Shown: positions 1 through 11,390 of the stretch, piece by piece
How the letters are laid out: each line of letters begins with the position of its first letter
How positions within the stretch are numbered: the stretch's first letter is position 1
Virus record (IMG/VR): IMGVR_UViG_3300046167_000798
Strand: one strand, 5' to 3'
Source: a virus
Lineage: Duplodnaviria > Caudoviricetes
Length of the DNA stretch: 64,000 nt
Position numbers and translations under genes: made by a program
Notes under the pieces: generated by a model
Seen by the model: only the letters and a program-made list of their open reading frames with translations
Told to the model about the DNA's origin: nothing
The model's database searches: none

Positions 1-262
1 ATACATTATCACCATTTACCTTTAAGAATCCAAGTGAATCAATTTGTGCGGATGAAGATACTACTGAATCTCCATTTATTTCTAAAAATTTGTTATATCC
101 ACTAATCTGAGCAGATGAAGATACTACTGAATCTCCGTTTATTTCTAAAAATGTGTTATATCCACTAATTTGAGCCGATGAACTAACTACATTATCACCA
201 TTTATTTCTAAGAAAGAATTATATCCACTAATTTGAGCAGATGAAGAAATAATGTTACTTCC
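1..262 (-). repeat. 63-nt coding tandem repeat, about 4 copies (21 aa VVSSSAQISGYNxFLEINGD)
   Basis: ctactgaatctcc recurs at 61 and 124 (period 63); units stay in frame within the ORF. Confidence 0.9.
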
Positions 263-628
263 TGGCAGTGAATTAACATATAAATTTCTATATTTTTTAG
301 AAAGTGTACCTAAGTCATGTGTATTATCAGCATCAGGTATAAGAGAACCACTAAGTTCTGCATTAATAGTAATATTATCATTTGCAATCTCATCACCTAA
401 TATAATATTACCTTTTATTGTTAAATCATTTGCAACATGAATATATGATGCAGATACAGTTCCACTTATACTTACAGTATTTACTGTATTTGAACCTGAT
501 TTTAAAAGAATATGAGAGTTTGAGCCATCTCCAACCACCAAAGTATTTAAACTTGAGTGATAGAAAAGCTCTGATTGTTGAAGTGAGGGAATGGATGTTC
601 CTCTTCTTAGTTTTAATATAGCTGCCAT
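1..628 (-). CDS. Ser/Gly-rich virion fibre-like protein, N-terminal part (runs off window edge)
   Basis: Not in ORF track. Manual translation from ATG at 628: MAAILKLRRGTSIPSLQQSELFYHSS...LIPDADNTHDLGT...; open to base 1. N-terminus resembles MAQIIKHRRG of the neighbouring gene. Confidence 0.75.
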   Translation of the reverse strand, partial: MAAILKLRRGTSIPSLQQSELFYHSSLNTLVVGDGSNSHILLKSGSNTVNTVSISGTVSASYIHVANDLTIKGNIILGDEIANDNITINAELSGSLIPDADNTHDLGTLSKKYRNLYVNSLPGSNIISSSAQISGYNSFLEINGDNVVSSSAQISGYNTFLEINGDSVVSSSAQISGYNKFLEINGDSVVSSSAQIDSLGFLKVNGDNV

Positions 629-654
629 CTAAATTTTATTTCCCATTTATTTTA

Positions 655-662
655 TATAAATA
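655..662 (-). promoter_or_regulatory. Putative late promoter TATTTATA
   Basis: Intergenic, 26 nt upstream of the ATG at 628; same octamer precedes many genes. Confidence 0.55.
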
Positions 663-708
663 TACCTTAATGTAGGTTTTGGGTTGCAACATAATACAAC
701 TCCACCTA

Positions 709-716
709 TATAAGTA
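709..716 (-). promoter_or_regulatory. Putative late promoter variant TACTTATA
   Basis: Just downstream of the terminator; one mismatch to TATTTATA; same variant precedes the bS21 gene. Confidence 0.4.
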
Positions 717-735
717 TAAAATCTCCAAAAACTAT

Positions 736-770
736 AAAAAAAATCCCCCAACTCAAAGAAGGGGGATTTT
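736..770 (-). terminator. Rho-independent terminator
   Basis: 10-bp stem AAAATCCCCC/GGGGGATTTT with T-run on minus strand, about 20 nt after the stop at 792. Confidence 0.85.
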
Positions 771-791
771 AAATTTATTTAGTATATTCTA

Positions 792-3407
792 TTAGAATGT
801 ACCTCCATCAATTTCGTTACTTGCAACGAATGATGAACCATTCCATTGAATTACATCACCTGCCGTAGAAGGTGTAACTGATTCAAGAGATTTGTTTGAA
901 TCATAGTAAACGAATGAATTAGCAGTTGCTGAATTAACTCTTAATTCCGCAGTTCCACTTATTGTTACGTTTGTTCCATCATCAGTAATCAATGAATCAA
1001 CTAATAATCCACTAGCATTAGATTTAAGTACTGTGTTAGAAGTAGGAGTTGCATTTAATAAAGCAATTTCCTTTTCACCTCCAAGTGCACCAGCCATCCA
1101 ATGGTCTTCAGATGCATCCCATAGTAAAGAACCACTAACTGTAGCTCCACCAACAGCATCAGATACTAAGATACCTGCATCACCACTAGCTCCACCATAG
1201 TTAAGTTCTAAAACTCTATCACCGATATTAACAGTAGTTGAATCAATTGTTGTAGTTGTACCTTCAACAGTTAAATCACCAGTTACTCTTACATTACCAG
1301 TAAGTGTTGGGTTAGTTACGATACCAACTTGTATTTGATTATTAGTTACTGCAGTTTCGATTTCGTTTGCAGTACCAACAACCGCTAAGGTATCTACACC
1401 AACGTTTACTACATCAGTACTTGAACCATCACCAACTGTTAATCCTAATGAACCAGATGTTAAACCTGAACCATCAAAATCAATTTTTGAGTGATTAATT
1501 GCTGCTGAAGCATTAATGTGAGTATTTGTAATACCACCACTCTTAACACTTACTGTTCTAGCGGCAGAACCATTAAAGGTTGTTCCACTATTTAAAGCAA
1601 TTGTTGAATCATCAACTGTTAAGTTATTTAAGTTACCACCAAGAGTTACACCTGATATAGTTTTGTTTGAACCTAAAGCCGAACCATCAATTTGACCCGA
1701 ACCAGATACGATACCAGTTGCATCACTATTAATTTTAGAGAAAGCAATTGCCGCATTTGAAGCAATAGATGCATTTACAACCGCATTTGCAGCCAATTCA
1801 TCAGCTCCAACCGCATCATCAGCTAACATCGAGTTAACTACTTTTTGAGCTCCGATTGCAGAAACACCACTTGAATTTACAGTTACATCACCTGTCATGT
1901 CAGTTAATTGACCTGAACCTGATACTACTGAATCTCCATTTGTGTTTAAGAAATTACCAGATAATTGTGCAGAAGATGAAAATACACCTTCAGCATTTAA
2001 TTTAGTTTTTACACCACCAGTAAATGTTGAAGAAGCAGTTGCTAATTCAATATTATCTGCATTTGCAACAATACCATTGTTTGCAGATACTACATTTATT
2101 GTTCTAGTTGCCGCAATTGTACCACCACCAGTTAAACCAGTTCCAGCAGTTACACTTACTGAAGTATGGTCAATGTGGTCATTTGCATCGTAATCAGATA
2201 AACCACTTAAAGCGATTTGACCTGAAGCTGATACGATACCTTGTCCTTTAGCCAATAATATATCATATTCCGAACCAGATGCTCCAGCAATCCATTTATC
2301 ATTTGTAGCATCCCATAGTAAAGAACCTGATACTTGATTTGGAGCAGTTACATCTCCAATCATTAAACCACCATTTGCAGCTCCTGTACCATTAAGTTCA
2401 ATGATATTATCACCGATATTAACAGTTGTAGAAGATACACTTGTTGTAGTTCCTTGTACAGTAAAGTTACCTGTTACAGTTACATTACCACTAAGAGTTG
2501 GGTTAGTTACGATACCGATAGCAACTTGGTTATCAGTTACAGTTGTTTCAATTTCGTTTGCAGTACCTGCGAAAGTTAAAGTATCAACTCCAACTTGAGC
2601 AACATCAGTACCAGTTCCACCAGCAATTGATAAACCTAATGAACCAGATGTTAAACCTGAACCATCGAAATCAATTTTAGTATGGTCAAGTGCACCATTT
2701 GCAGTATTTGTATTTGAAACTACTACTTGAGATGAACCAGATACGATACCAGTTGCATCACTATTAATTTTTGAAAATGCAATTGCCGCATTTGAAGCAA
2801 CAGATGCATTTACTACTGCATTTGAAGCTAATTCATCAGCTCCAACTGCATCATCAGCTAACATTGAGTTAACTACTTTTTGTGCTCCTATCGCAGAAAC
2901 TCCTGAAGAGTTTACAGTTATATCACCTGTCATATCAGTTAACTGACCTGAACCAGATATTACACTATCTCCATTGATTTCTAAGAATGTTGAAGTTAAT
3001 TGTGCAGATGAAGAAATTACTCCATCTCCATTGTTCTTCAAAAATCCTAAACCATCGATTTGAGCAGAAGATGAAACAATTCCTGTTCCATTTGTACTTG
3101 CCGTTGCTTTTACTTCAGTATTTCCACCTTTACCTAAAATGTAAAGTTTTTCTTCTGAAGTATTATAAAACGGAATACCATCAATTGAGTGTCCATAAGA
3201 ACCCCCAGTTAAATTAGGTGTTGATGAACCTGATAATATCTTGTTTGATGGGGTTACGGTAGAACCATCGATTCCTACCATTAAGATTCCATCATTTACT
3301 GCAGATATTCCGGAAGAACCAGTAATAACGAGTAATTCACCCGCTCTTTTAGTTGCACCAGATACGGATTCAAGGCCACCACGTCTGTGTTTAATAATTT
3401 GTGCCAT
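792..3407 (-). CDS. Virion fibre/structural protein with Mtd_N-like N-terminus and internal duplications (871 aa)
   Basis: N-term MAQIIKHRRG; beta-rich GNxTVxGTTT...VNIGD modules; C-term EIDGGTF; Gly/Ser-rich; AAGGA upstream. Confidence 0.7.
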   Translation of the reverse strand: MAQIIKHRRGGLESVSGATKRAGELLVITGSSGISAVNDGILMVGIDGSTVTPSNKILSGSSTPNLTGGSYGHSIDGIPFYNTSEEKLYILGKGGNTEVKATASTNGTGIVSSSAQIDGLGFLKNNGDGVISSSAQLTSTFLEINGDSVISGSGQLTDMTGDITVNSSGVSAIGAQKVVNSMLADDAVGADELASNAVVNASVASNAAIAFSKINSDATGIVSGSSQVVVSNTNTANGALDHTKIDFDGSGLTSGSLGLSIAGGTGTDVAQVGVDTLTFAGTANEIETTVTDNQVAIGIVTNPTLSGNVTVTGNFTVQGTTTSVSSTTVNIGDNIIELNGTGAANGGLMIGDVTAPNQVSGSLLWDATNDKWIAGASGSEYDILLAKGQGIVSASGQIALSGLSDYDANDHIDHTSVSVTAGTGLTGGGTIAATRTINVVSANNGIVANADNIELATASSTFTGGVKTKLNAEGVFSSSAQLSGNFLNTNGDSVVSGSGQLTDMTGDVTVNSSGVSAIGAQKVVNSMLADDAVGADELAANAVVNASIASNAAIAFSKINSDATGIVSGSGQIDGSALGSNKTISGVTLGGNLNNLTVDDSTIALNSGTTFNGSAARTVSVKSGGITNTHINASAAINHSKIDFDGSGLTSGSLGLTVGDGSSTDVVNVGVDTLAVVGTANEIETAVTNNQIQVGIVTNPTLTGNVRVTGDLTVEGTTTTIDSTTVNIGDRVLELNYGGASGDAGILVSDAVGGATVSGSLLWDASEDHWMAGALGGEKEIALLNATPTSNTVLKSNASGLLVDSLITDDGTNVTISGTAELRVNSATANSFVYYDSNKSLESVTPSTAGDVIQWNGSSFVASNEIDGGTF
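1091..2975 (-). repeat. Two internally duplicated modules (A about 80 aa, offset 1035 nt; B about 130 aa, offset 1191 nt)
   Basis: A: GDSVxSGSGQLTDMTGD...INSDATGIVSGS at ~2734-2975 and ~1699-1940. B: KIDFDGSGLTSGSLGL...SGSLLWDA at ~2284-2678 and ~1091-1487. Confidence 0.9.
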
Positions 3408-3534
3408 TTTAATTTTTTTCCTTTGTTTTGTTAATTAAATTTGTTTTGTTAACTATAACCTTTATTTTTTTTAAATCAACAGGACATATGCCGTATTGGT
3501 CAATTAAATTCTGATTCCTATGTAGGAATACGAT

Positions 3535-3542
3535 TATAAATA
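3535..3542 (-). promoter_or_regulatory. Putative late promoter TATTTATA followed by a ~127 nt leader
   Basis: Intergenic octamer; hairpin ATTCCTA/TAGGAAT (3514-3529) starts 5 nt downstream. Confidence 0.55.
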
Positions 3543-3573
3543 TGAAAAGTTAGAAGAAAAGTTTTAGATTCTG

Positions 3574-4167
3574 TTATATATTTCCACCATCGATAGTTGT
3601 CTTCTGAACACCACCTACAAAATGTGCCGAACCTGTATTTAAATTAATTCCTGAAGAGCTTAAATTAATTCCACTTCCAGCCACTAATTCAAGTACAACG
3701 TTACCACTCGATGCACCACCTGTAATACCTTGGTCTGATGTGAAAACTGCAGTGATATCACCACCTCCACCTCCTCCTCCACCACCGGAGCCAGTTAATG
3801 CAGATAAATCAATTGATTGAGATATTCTTGTAGAACCATCTATATTTTGACCAAATAATGTTAAAGTATGAGTTCCATCAAATGAGGCAGATACAAATGA
3901 ACCACTATCAAAAGAAAATTGGGAAAATGATACTGTATCAGTAAAAGAGAATGGTGGATTTGCAAGAGATACATTTGCTGTATATAAAGAAGCACTATCA
4001 GATAAATAGATAATCTGTCCATCCGAAAAATAATTCGGTGAAGTAGCTTGAGCATCTGCTGAAGTATATATCTTAAAGGCACCTTTGATTCTTTCAACTT
4101 CTGCTAATATTATATTACCAGCTTTTGCCGAATCATTTAAACCTACTTGTCCTGGAAAAAACGGCAT
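3574..4167 (-). CDS. Virion structural protein with poly-Gly hinge (197 aa)
   Basis: AAGGAG 8 nt before ATG; G9 run; C-term TIDGGNI resembles EIDGGTF of the next gene. Confidence 0.65.
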   Translation of the reverse strand: MPFFPGQVGLNDSAKAGNIILAEVERIKGAFKIYTSADAQATSPNYFSDGQIIYLSDSASLYTANVSLANPPFSFTDTVSFSQFSFDSGSFVSASFDGTHTLTLFGQNIDGSTRISQSIDLSALTGSGGGGGGGGGDITAVFTSDQGITGGASSGNVVLELVAGSGINLSSSGINLNTGSAHFVGGVQKTTIDGGNI

Positions 4168-4201
4168 TAGTTATTCTCCTTTTTATTTGTTAAACTCATT
4201 A

Positions 4202-4209
4202 TATAAATA
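4202..4209 (-). promoter_or_regulatory. Putative late promoter TATTTATA
   Basis: Intergenic, 34 nt upstream of ATG 4167. Confidence 0.6.
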
Positions 4210-4222
4210 TACATTTTCATCA

Positions 4223-7200
4223 TTATGCCCCTCCACTTCCACTTGATGGATTTAATCCTAGATTGAAGTTTGTTGAACTTGCAAGTTGGCCAGTTGCACC
4301 TACTATAAACCATTTAGTAAATCCAAGATGTGATGTTCCTAATGTTATTTGATTAATTTCTGATGTTTCAACTGTACTTGTACCATCAACTGTTGTTCCA
4401 TCTGTTCCTACTTCTAATACATATTCTCCTGCAGTTGAACCCCCAAAACCATTTGCTGTACTTGTTGGAAACCCAGTCATTGATGAACCACTTGGCATTA
4501 AAATTGCAAAGTGTTTCGATGAATTTCTAGTTATTACACCACTAGTACCCATGGCTCTTAATACATCGTGTACATTATCACCAGTACCTTCTGCTAATTT
4601 ATTTGAAGTAATTGTACTCCCATATGAATATGTAAATGAACTATCTCCAAGTACATCTCCATTTATAACTTTATCTACAAATCCAATTCCACTATATGGT
4701 GTTGCTACCGGTGGAGTTGAACTATCTTCTGATTGAATACCCAAAGCAGTATTATATGTTGCATTGTCAAATCCTACATCATAAACATATATTTTACCAT
4801 TATTTGCTGATGCATCAACTGTGATTGTTTCACCAGTTAATGTTACCGATTCATCATAATTATCAGTTACAGTAATATTGATTGTATAAGTTCCAGCCGC
4901 CAATGAAGCTTTTGGTTGTATTTCAAATGGAGATGATGTTCCACTAACATCAAATTGACTTCCATGTGTTCCACCAAGTGTAATTGTAAATGGTGAATTA
5001 GATTCTGTATCTGTTACTACCAACGCACCTGCATCAGAACCACTTGTTGCATTATCACTTTCATAATTTGATGAAGATGTAAATGATGCTACTGGTGATG
5101 AGTTACCAAATACTGTTGCAGTTACTACTCCACTTCCTATATTATCATATTGGTCTCTAAATGTGATTGTACTTTGGAATGTATCTGTACTTTGAGTAAC
5201 AGAACCACTTAAATTTACATTAAGAGTTAAATTACCACTATTATCTACTGCAATAGATGACATTGATGATGTATATGATTGTACAACAGGTGAACCATGT
5301 GATGGAGAATATGAAACACTTAGTTGAGCAGCATTTCCTTGATTAAATCCTGTTTGGTCTCTAAATACATCTCCACTTTCTGCAGATTCTATAATATAAA
5401 TTGCAGTATCTCCACCAAGAGAACCAGTAGATGATTGTGCTATTGTAAATGTGTTACTTACAGTCGTTGTACTAAATCCATGAACATCTTGTATTGATGC
5501 AGTATAAGGATACGTTCCAGCTGGTACTGAAGTATTATTCACTAACAATTTCATACTTGGAGTTGAGATTGATGGAGTAAAATAAGTTGAATTAAATCCA
5601 CTAAATGATAATCCACTATTTGGAATTGAATCACTTTCAGTATCACTAACTACTAAGTTAAGTATTTGTGCCGAACCAGTTGCTTGGTTTGTATTCAAGT
5701 TAGAAGTTGAAGTTGAACTTACAGTTGGTGCGTTGTTTTGAGCAATGTTGACTGTAATTGAATCACTACCATTATTTCCATATTGGTCATTCCAAGATAT
5801 TGTAGATGTAATTGTTTCTCCATTTGTATTTCCACTACCACTAATATTTCCACCAGCTTTCAATTTACCATTTGATGAATCAATTGCAATTAATGCATTT
5901 GATGAAGCAAAGTTTGTAGCTGATTGTGAACCATAGTTTGGTGAGTAAGAAACACTTACTTCTCCTTGTGTTCCTGTTCTACCATTTGAATTAGTAAATA
6001 TGAAATCATTATTAAGTGCTGATTCAATAATATAGAAAGTACCATTTTCACTCATTGAACCTAAATTAGCAGATGCAATAGTTACAGTTCTATCATATTC
6101 AGATACTTGATATCCATCTGAAACACTAACTTTATATGTATATGAACCTCCTGCTAAATCTTGTTTAGTTTTTAATTGTACCGAAGATGTGTTTGAATTT
6201 TGTGGTACAACATCAATCTTACTTGCATCAGTTCCACTTAGTGAAATACTATAAGGTACATCTGCTTCTGTATCAGTAATTGTGAAACTTTCTACTAAAC
6301 TTCCACTAACCATTTGGTTTTCATTATAGATACTTGTATTTTGTGTAAATGAAGCAGATGGATGATTATTTGCAAATACATTAACTGTTACATTTCCACT
6401 TCCAGCATTACCATATTGGTCTTGGAATCCAATTGTAGATACAATAGTATCTCCACTACCAGTAGATGAACCACTAATATGAGATGCCAATGATAATTGT
6501 CCATTTGTATTAATTGCAATTGCTGAATTTGATGAAGTCCAAGATGAACCTTGTACTGCTTGTGAACCATAGTTTGGTGAGTACGATACTGTCATTTGTG
6601 ATTGATTACCTGCACCAAATCCACTTGCATCTCTAATTGCTTCTCCACTTTTTCCTGATTCTATGATATAAGAAGTTGTATCTCCTCCAAGTGTACCATT
6701 ATCAGCAGCTGCGATGGTAAGTGTTCTACCTGTATAATCTGATGATTCACTATAAGAATCAGTAACTCTTAGATTATAGTTTAAAGTACCAGCAGATAAA
6801 TCTTCATTTGCTCGTATATAAAGAGAGGATGATGTTCCATTTGTATAATTGATATTAAGTTTGGATGCATCAGTACCGGATAGTGAAGCTGAGTAAGGAG
6901 TATCACCCTCTGTATCTGTTATTGTAACTAAAACTAAATTAGAATTAGTTACTGCTAAATTTGCATTTAGATTAGATGTTTGATTTGTAAATGAAGCACT
7001 TGGGAAATGATTAGGTAAAATTACTACACTTAAACTATCAGTAGTTGTTGTACCGAAAGTATTTGTAAATGTAATTGTTGAATCTAATGATTGTCCACTT
7101 TGTTTAGCCGAACCACTTACATGAAATCCTAATGATAAATTACCACTTGAATTTATTGAAATTTCTGAATTAGATGATGCCCAAGTACCACTTTGATTTG

Positions 7201-10200
7201 AATTATAATCTGCAGTAGTTGAACCATAGTTTGTTGTTTTTATAGTTGTACCATTTTCTTCAGATTCTTTGATATAAGGCCCTGCTGACCAGTTATCTGA
7301 AAGTGTTGCTGGTGTATCATCTATAATATTGATAGTTGCAACAGATGCAGATGAAATTTGTGCATTATAATTATCTCTTACTTGTACTCTATATTGATAA
7401 GAGTTTATTAAATCAGAATTTATTACAACACCAGTTTTTCTTGTTACATTACCACTCGAATCCATTTGGAAAGGATTTTCATGTGGGTCTGTTAATTGTG
7501 AAGTACCACCATATGAACCACTTGTTACTTCTGAACCATCTAATAATAATTTATGTAAATCAAATGTTACGAAAGATATACTATCTCCTTCACTATCAGT
7601 TGCCGATATAGAGCCAACTGATGCTCCATTTGATGAATTTTCGTTTATTGAACCTACAACTTGTGAATTTACAACTGGTACTAAGTTATCAGTTACATTT
7701 ACTGTAATTGGTAAGATAGTTCTTGAATCAGAATCTTGTCCATTTACATAATGTTCATCCGAAGCAGTTATACTAAAGTTGTAAGTTGTTTTTGTTCGTA
7801 ATCTAACGAACTTGTATTTTGTCTAATATCAACATAAGTTGAATATTTTGTTACATCGAAATGATTACCATCAATCGATGAAGAAGTGATAGTGATTGAA
7901 TCACTTTCTACATCAGTAAAGAAAACTCTTTTTACTAAAGTATCATTTGCAGAACTTTCATTTAAGTTTGCAGTTACCGAAGTAATAACATTTCCACTTA
8001 CCGAATTTTCTCTAAATTTAGGAGCTTCGTTTGGAGTTACAATTATATAAATATCCTTTGTAACAGTTGTATTAAAAGTATCTGTTGCAGTTACTTCAAC
8101 CTTATGTCCATGTGCACCACTAACCGAATCAGTATTGAAAGATGCAGAAGTTGGTAAAGAATTTAATGTCATTACACCATTTGATGCAACTCTTACTAAA
8201 TCATCACTATATGCTGATGATGTTCCGAATGTTAATGATTGTCCTTCAGGGTCTGTTCCTGTTACTGTTACAATCGTTGAACCATTTGTAGTGTATTCTG
8301 AAATTGTTTGATTACCAGTTGTTATACTTGGTGCACTATTTGGATAAAATATTGCATTTAAGAAATCTGTTACTGAACCACTTGTACCAGGATTAAATGA
8401 TGATGTAAAGAATGCTGGTAATTTATCTTGTGATATTACTCTATTTCCATCGAAATCAGTTGAACCTCCACTTGAACTAATAATATAGTTTCCACTACCA
8501 GAATTTATTGTAATATTTGTACCTGGTAATATTGAACCACTTAAAACAGTTGTTCCATCTAAAGTTCTAAGAACACTTCCACTAATTACTCCTGTTCCAT
8601 CTAAAGTTCTTAATACAGAACCACTAATTACTCCACTACCATCTAAAGTTCTAAGTACACTTCCACTAATTACTCCACTACCATCTAAAGTTCTAAGTAC
8701 ACTTCCACTAACTACGCCGGTTCCATCTAAAGTTCTTAATACTGAACCACTTATAATATTACTACCATCAGTAATTTGAGTTGAACCACTAACTAATCCA
8801 CTTGGTACATTTGTTAGTTGAGTAAAATCACTCGTTCCACCACCACTACCAAATCCACTTGAAGCGGCTGATGCTGAAATATATGCATCTGTAATTATTG
8901 AAGTTATTTGTGCTGAACCACTAATTACTCCCGCAGGTAAACCTGCCGTTATATCGTTTGAAATTACCCAATATCCATCATAGTAAACATAAAGATTACC
9001 ATCATTGGATTTCCACCATAAATCACCTTCTGAAGGCGAGCTTGGTGCCGAATCTGAAACAGTTACACTTGCTCCACCACCACTAGCCGAAGAAGATATT
9101 TCAAAATTATTTCCAACTTGATTTATTGTAATACTTGTTCCTGCTACCAATGAGCCACTAAATACACCTGTTCCATCAAGTGTTCTTAATACCGAACCAC
9201 TTATAATTCCACTACCATCAGTAATTTGTGATGAACCACTAATTACACCACCTGGTAATAAAGTTGTAATAGAACCACTTAAAACATTATCTGTATTAAG
9301 TTTTGATTTTATTGTTGTATCGATAGATGATGTAAATGATTCTAATGCAGCATCTCTTTGTCTACTTGAAGTATAGTGATTTGCAAATGCAGTATCGTTT
9401 GTTGTATCAGTTGAGTTAACTAAATCTACAATTTCTACGAATTGGTCATAATCTGCATTAGCACCACTTAGTATATTATCTATTCTTGATTTCTCTGTGA
9501 GGATTCTTGAATCTACTGAAGAACTATATGAACCACTAACCAATCCACTAGGAAGTTGTGATACCAATGAACCACTTAAGATTCCTGTTCCATCAAATGT
9601 TCTAATGACAGAACCACTAACTACTCCTGTTCCATCCAAAGTTCTTAATACAGAACCACTTACAACACCAGTACCATCAAATGTTCTAATAACAGAACCA
9701 CTAACTACACCATCACCACTTGCATTAATATATCGTGTATCAAACTCAGTAGTTAATTGTGCCGATGAAGAAATTGTTCCTGCTGGTACTGAACCTCCAC
9801 TACCTGTTGGTATGGTTACAGTATTTCCATCTGATATTGTAAGTTGGTCTCCACTAATAGAAAGTGATTGAGTATCCGAACCTGTATTATCAGTTGCGTT
9901 TTCTAAAGTATCTAATCTTGTATCTACTGAAGATGAGAATGAAGTGAATGTTGAACCACTAATAATACCTTTAGGAAGTTGGTTAATAATTGAACCACTT
10001 AAAATTCCGCTTCCATCAGTTATTTGTACAGATGAAGAAACCAAACCACTTGGTTTACCACTTAATCCACTAAAAGTTATTTGAGATGAACCACTAACAG
10101 TTCCACTTGGTAAATAAGTTAGTATTGAACCACTTATAACACCACTACCATCCAAAGTTCTAAGAACACTTCCACTAACTACACCACTACCATCAAATGT

Positions 10201-10698
10201 TCTAATAACAGAACCACTTACAACACCAGTTCCATCCAAAGTTCTTAATACAGAACCACTTACTAATCCATTTGGAATATTTTGTAAGTTTGTGTTCCAA
10301 TCAGCACCACTACCACTTGCAGAAATACCTACAATTCTTGAATCTACCGATGAACTAAATGATGTAAAAGTAGAACCACTAATTAAGCCGGTTGGAATAC
10401 CACTTAATTCGTTCCATGATGAAGCTCCACTACCACCAGTTGAACTAATTGTAATTTGGTTTGAAGAAGATGCAATAGTAACATTTGAACCACCTTTAAA
10501 AATAGGAGTACCTGTAATGTTTGAGTAAGGTATGTTAGTTAATCCACTACCATTACCAATAAAAGAACCACTAAAAGAACCACTTACACCACTTGCAGCT
10601 GAAAGATTAACCGAACCTGCATTTACAGCGAAATCTCCTGTAATTACCGAAGCAGTAACTACACCTTGTATCTGTTTACTTTGAATTAATGTTGCCAT
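4223..10698 (-). CDS. Giant cadherin/Ig-like repeat fibre or adhesin-like virion protein (~2158 aa, one frameshift)
   Basis: ORFs 7768-10698 and 4223-7465 join if one base is added to the T5 run at 7789-7793, giving LDYEQKTTYNFSITASD (cadherin-like) and an open frame through 7465. Repeated NxAP...V.VTD.EGD units; SGS-rich N-half. Confidence 0.8.
8553..8760 (-). repeat. 42-nt coding tandem repeat x5 (SGSVLRTLDGxGVI)
   Basis: Seen in DNA and protein; further clusters of the same unit at ~9580-9720 and ~10130-10260 and one copy near 9180. Confidence 0.9.
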
Positions 10699-11063
10699 TA
10701 TCTACTCACTATCTTTCCTTTTACTGAAAAATCTGTATTCACTATACTTGGTGGGTCTAGTGTTATATTTTCAGTAAAATTAATTACTATATTTGTTCCA
10801 TTATCAGTAACCGTATAAGTGTCAGCTGGTTTTTTTATTCCTTGTAAATATACATCCACATATTCTGATAATTTATCAACTTCAATATCTTGAAATACGA
10901 ATTTCTTATTAGATAATGTAAGTGTAAATAAATCTCCACTTAAATTAATAGAATCTGGTACATGAGTAAAGATTGTTGTATCATTTATCACTTCTTGTAC
11001 TAAAGCCTTAAATCTATCTCTATCGTTAAAAGGAGTTATTATATTTGGTTTACTTTTACTCAT
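10698..11063 (-). CDS. Small virion protein, Ig-like/gp15-C-like domain (121 aa)
   Basis: DVYLQGIKK...DTYTV...NIVINF motif shared with the two upstream genes; position in tail/neck block. Confidence 0.5.
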   Translation of the reverse strand: MSKSKPNIITPFNDRDRFKALVQEVINDTTIFTHVPDSINLSGDLFTLTLSNKKFVFQDIEVDKLSEYVDVYLQGIKKPADTYTVTDNGTNIVINFTENITLDPPSIVNTDFSVKGKIVSR

Positions 11064-11389
11064 ACCGTATCTAAATCTCCTTCTAATTTTATATCATCAC
11101 TTGCAATTACATTATAAGGGAAATTACTTTTGAAAAATTTAACAAAAAATGTATTTCCACTATGTTCGGTAATGTAATCCTTTTCTAAAATATATTGACC
11201 GTTTATAAATATATCAAATCTAGCGTGTTCCTTACGAAATGGACGTAAAAATAATTTTAAATCCTTCATCTTTACATTATCAAGTTTCCATATATAATAT
11301 GTTGGATGTGTCAAATCATGTGCAACCAACTTATACTCATCTGGTTCATGTACTTGTGCCAATATTTTTGCTAAATCCTTTATTGCCAT
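11060..11389 (-). CDS. Small virion protein, paralog of neighbour (109 aa)
   Basis: DIFINGQYI...DYI...NTFFVKF...DDIKLEG; 4-nt overlap with the next gene. Confidence 0.5.
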   Translation of the reverse strand: MAIKDLAKILAQVHEPDEYKLVAHDLTHPTYYIWKLDNVKMKDLKLFLRPFRKEHARFDIFINGQYILEKDYITEHSGNTFFVKFFKSNFPYNVIASDDIKLEGDLDTV

Positions 11390-11390
11390 T

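Noticed and set aside
1091-2975. Duplicated modules in an Mtd_N-like gene as DGR template/variable repeats
   Set aside because: Both copies are in frame in one gene, differences look mostly synonymous rather than adenine-specific, and no reverse transcriptase is present in the window.
8553-10260. 42-nt and 63-nt repeats as CRISPR arrays
   Set aside because: Contiguous, in-frame, no unique spacers and no cas genes.
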